A program made the position numbers and the translations under genes. From the NCBI RefSeq assembly GCF_006345805.1, contig NC_042998.1, positions 192,882,001-192,946,000 of the forward strand: a stretch of DNA of 64,000 bases. Reading direction: 5' to 3'. The stretch comes from Octopus sinensis. Taxonomy: Eukaryota. Below are positions 61,831-64,000 of the stretch, piece by piece. How positions within the stretch are numbered: position 1 is the first letter of the stretch; each line of letters starts with the position of its first letter. Below the pieces are notes generated by a model. It was given only the letters and a program-made list of their open reading frames with translations, was not told the DNA's origin and searched no databases.

Positions 61831-62641
61831 GACTGCCAAATCAATACTGCATTCAATTGATACTTAATTTTATCAACACCAGAAAGATGAAAGGCAAAGG
61901 TGACCTTGACAAAATTTGAACTCAGAATACAAAGGGATTAATATGAATTTCTCATGTTTGTTCGGTAGACAATACTTTCATCAATGGTCATGTGCTAACT
62001 GGGAGAAATGTATTAATGAATCACATTTTATTTATTCTGAAAAAAATATTAAAGCAAAGTCTACACCAAGATTTGAACCAGGTACATATAGAAATGTAAC
62101 TAACTTCTGATCAAGTCATACACCGCCTTTTGAGATAAGATTTCATAATGGAACCAATTAGATTCTCTATAGTGTTGCAATAAAAAATTCCAGAACTTAT
62201 TATTATTGTACTTTGTATTTTCACACAACCAAATGTCATTATCTCTTGGGAGGTAAAATACAAAATAGCGAAAAGACTAGAGCATGCATGCATATATAGC
62301 TTATATACATGTAACACACACATTGTGTGTGTGTGTGTGTATAAATATAATATATATATGTGTGTGTATAAATATATATAAATATAATATGTATATGTAT
62401 ATATAAATATAATATGTATATATGTATATATAAATATATAAGTGTTTATGTCTGCGTATATAACTATGCGTGTCCGTGTGTGTATAACTATAATATATGT
62501 GTGTATATATATATATATACACTCACACATGCACACACACAACTTCATATATTTTTATATATATTTTCAGTGTATGTAATATTTAGTATCAATGGTGTTT
62601 GTTGATATCAAAGTTTTGCTGATGCATGCTTTTCAAATCAG

Positions 62642-62695
62642 ACAGTTTTGAGAACGCTGGCTTCTCAAAGCCACCTGATTTCAGAAGAAGAGAGT
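62642..62695 (+). other. Candidate 54-nt exon ((D)SFENAGFSKPPDFRRRE or TVLRTLASQSHLISEEES)
   Basis: Acceptor 'tgcttttcaaatcag', donor AGT|gtaagc, length a multiple of 3, two open frames. Confidence 0.4.
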
Positions 62696-62865
62696 GTAAG
62701 CAAAAACTTGAAGTAAACAATTACTATTGATGATAAATATTATTGTGACTCTACAATCACAATTGAGTGCTTTATTCAAAGTACATTTGGTGTACTGAAG
62801 TACTTTAACTTAAAAAAAGAAGAAGAAGAAATAAGCAATTTTATATATATATATATATATATATA

Positions 62866-63090
62866 TCATCATCATCATCATCGTTTAGCATCTGCTTTCC
62901 ATGCTAGCATGGGTTGGACGGTTCAACTGGGATCTGGGAAGCCAGGAGGCTGCACCAGGCCCAGTCTGATCTGGCAGTGTTTCTACGGCTGGATGCCCTT
63001 CCTAACGCCAACCACTCCGTGAGTGTAGTGGGTGCTCTTTACGTGCCACCAGCACAGATGCCTTTTTATGTGCCACCAGCACGGTGCTTT
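62866..63090 (-). mobile_element. SINE-like repeat family C
   Basis: Family C motifs. Confidence 0.88.
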
Positions 63091-63097
63091 TTATGTG

Positions 63098-63139
<42 letters not shown>

Positions 63140-63653
63140 CATATGCATATATATATATATATATATATATATGCATATATATATATATACACACGAGCAA
63201 AACACCCCCTCTCCGTCCAATGGATGGTGCTGAGTTGTCAAACATTTAAACCAAATTTTCTCAAAACAATTTGTCCGACCATCCCATAGGCCTCCCCTTT
63301 GAGAAACACTGATGTACCTGCCTGTACAAATGCATGTTCCCACAACTTTATCGATCACCGTCTCGCCTGGAATTGATTTTTGTAATTTTTTCATGATTTA
63401 TACACGCCCTGATACCATCAGTATCTACATATCAAATTTGAGAGCAATCAGATTGAGGATGGCCAGGATACTAGAAGACACACAGACAGACAGAACAGAT
63501 TTTATATAATATATATATATATATATATTCACATACATACATGTGTGTATGTATGTGAGTGTCATGTGCATGCATAAAACAGAGAGTTAGAAATTAAGCA
63601 CAAGGAAAAATCAAATGAATTGGACAAGGAAACACGAATAAAGGTATATCCAT

Positions 63654-63890
63654 AAATAAAGGCGGCAAGCTGGCAGAAACGTTAGCACACCGGGCGAAAT
63701 GAGTAGCCGTATTTCGTCTGTCGTTACGTTGTGAGTTCAAATTCCGCCGAGGTCGACTTTGCCTTTCATCCTTTCGGGGTCGATAAATTAAGTACCAGTT
63801 ACGCACTGGGGTCGATCTAATTGACTTAATACCTATGTCTGTCCTTGTTTGTCCCCTCTATGTTTAGCCCCTTGTGGGTAATAAAGAAAT
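63654..63890 (+). mobile_element. SINE family B, full length, 12-bp TSD
   Basis: TSD aggtatatccat at 63642-63653 and 63891-63902; head aaggcggcaagctggcagaaacg, B-box gagttcaaattc. Confidence 0.95.
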
Positions 63891-64000
63891 AGGTATATCC
63901 ATGCGTATGCATGCATGCACACACATACACACTTATTTCTCTCATAAGTTGTTGGCTGAAGTTCACAGTTTCAACTCCTAGCTTCAACACAACTCTTAGC

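Overview
This is AT-rich eukaryotic DNA, mostly intronic or intergenic. The dense (TA)n/(TG)n/(ATT)n microsatellites and the SINE and LINE families look like those I recall from octopus (coleoid cephalopod) genomes; the species call is an inference. I found no complete gene and no protein I can name, and nearly every ORF in the supplied track is a translation of a microsatellite or repeat. Well supported features: at least four tRNA-headed or RTE-associated SINE families (labelled A-D for this window only, several with clear target-site duplications), 3' fragments of CR1-like and RTE LINEs, three non-autonomous Helitron-like elements, TTAA-flanked piggyBac-type MITEs, a hAT MITE with an 8-bp TSD, two fold-back elements, and many long inverted repeats, including a perfect 63-bp-arm palindrome. 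Tentative features: a frame-consistent chain of five small minus-strand exons (13.4-18.6 kb), a set of small plus-strand exon candidates (41.7-62.7 kb), and coding-like or decayed patches at 29-30 kb and 36.5-38.4 kb. I cannot demonstrate a new biological system from the sequence alone. The best leads are the recurring long-hairpin architecture (possible intronic dsRNA and ADAR substrates), the small-exon gene model, and an intronic minisatellite carrying about 17 splice-donor-like motifs. Coordinates and counts were read by eye; repeat boundaries without TSDs or TIRs are approximate.
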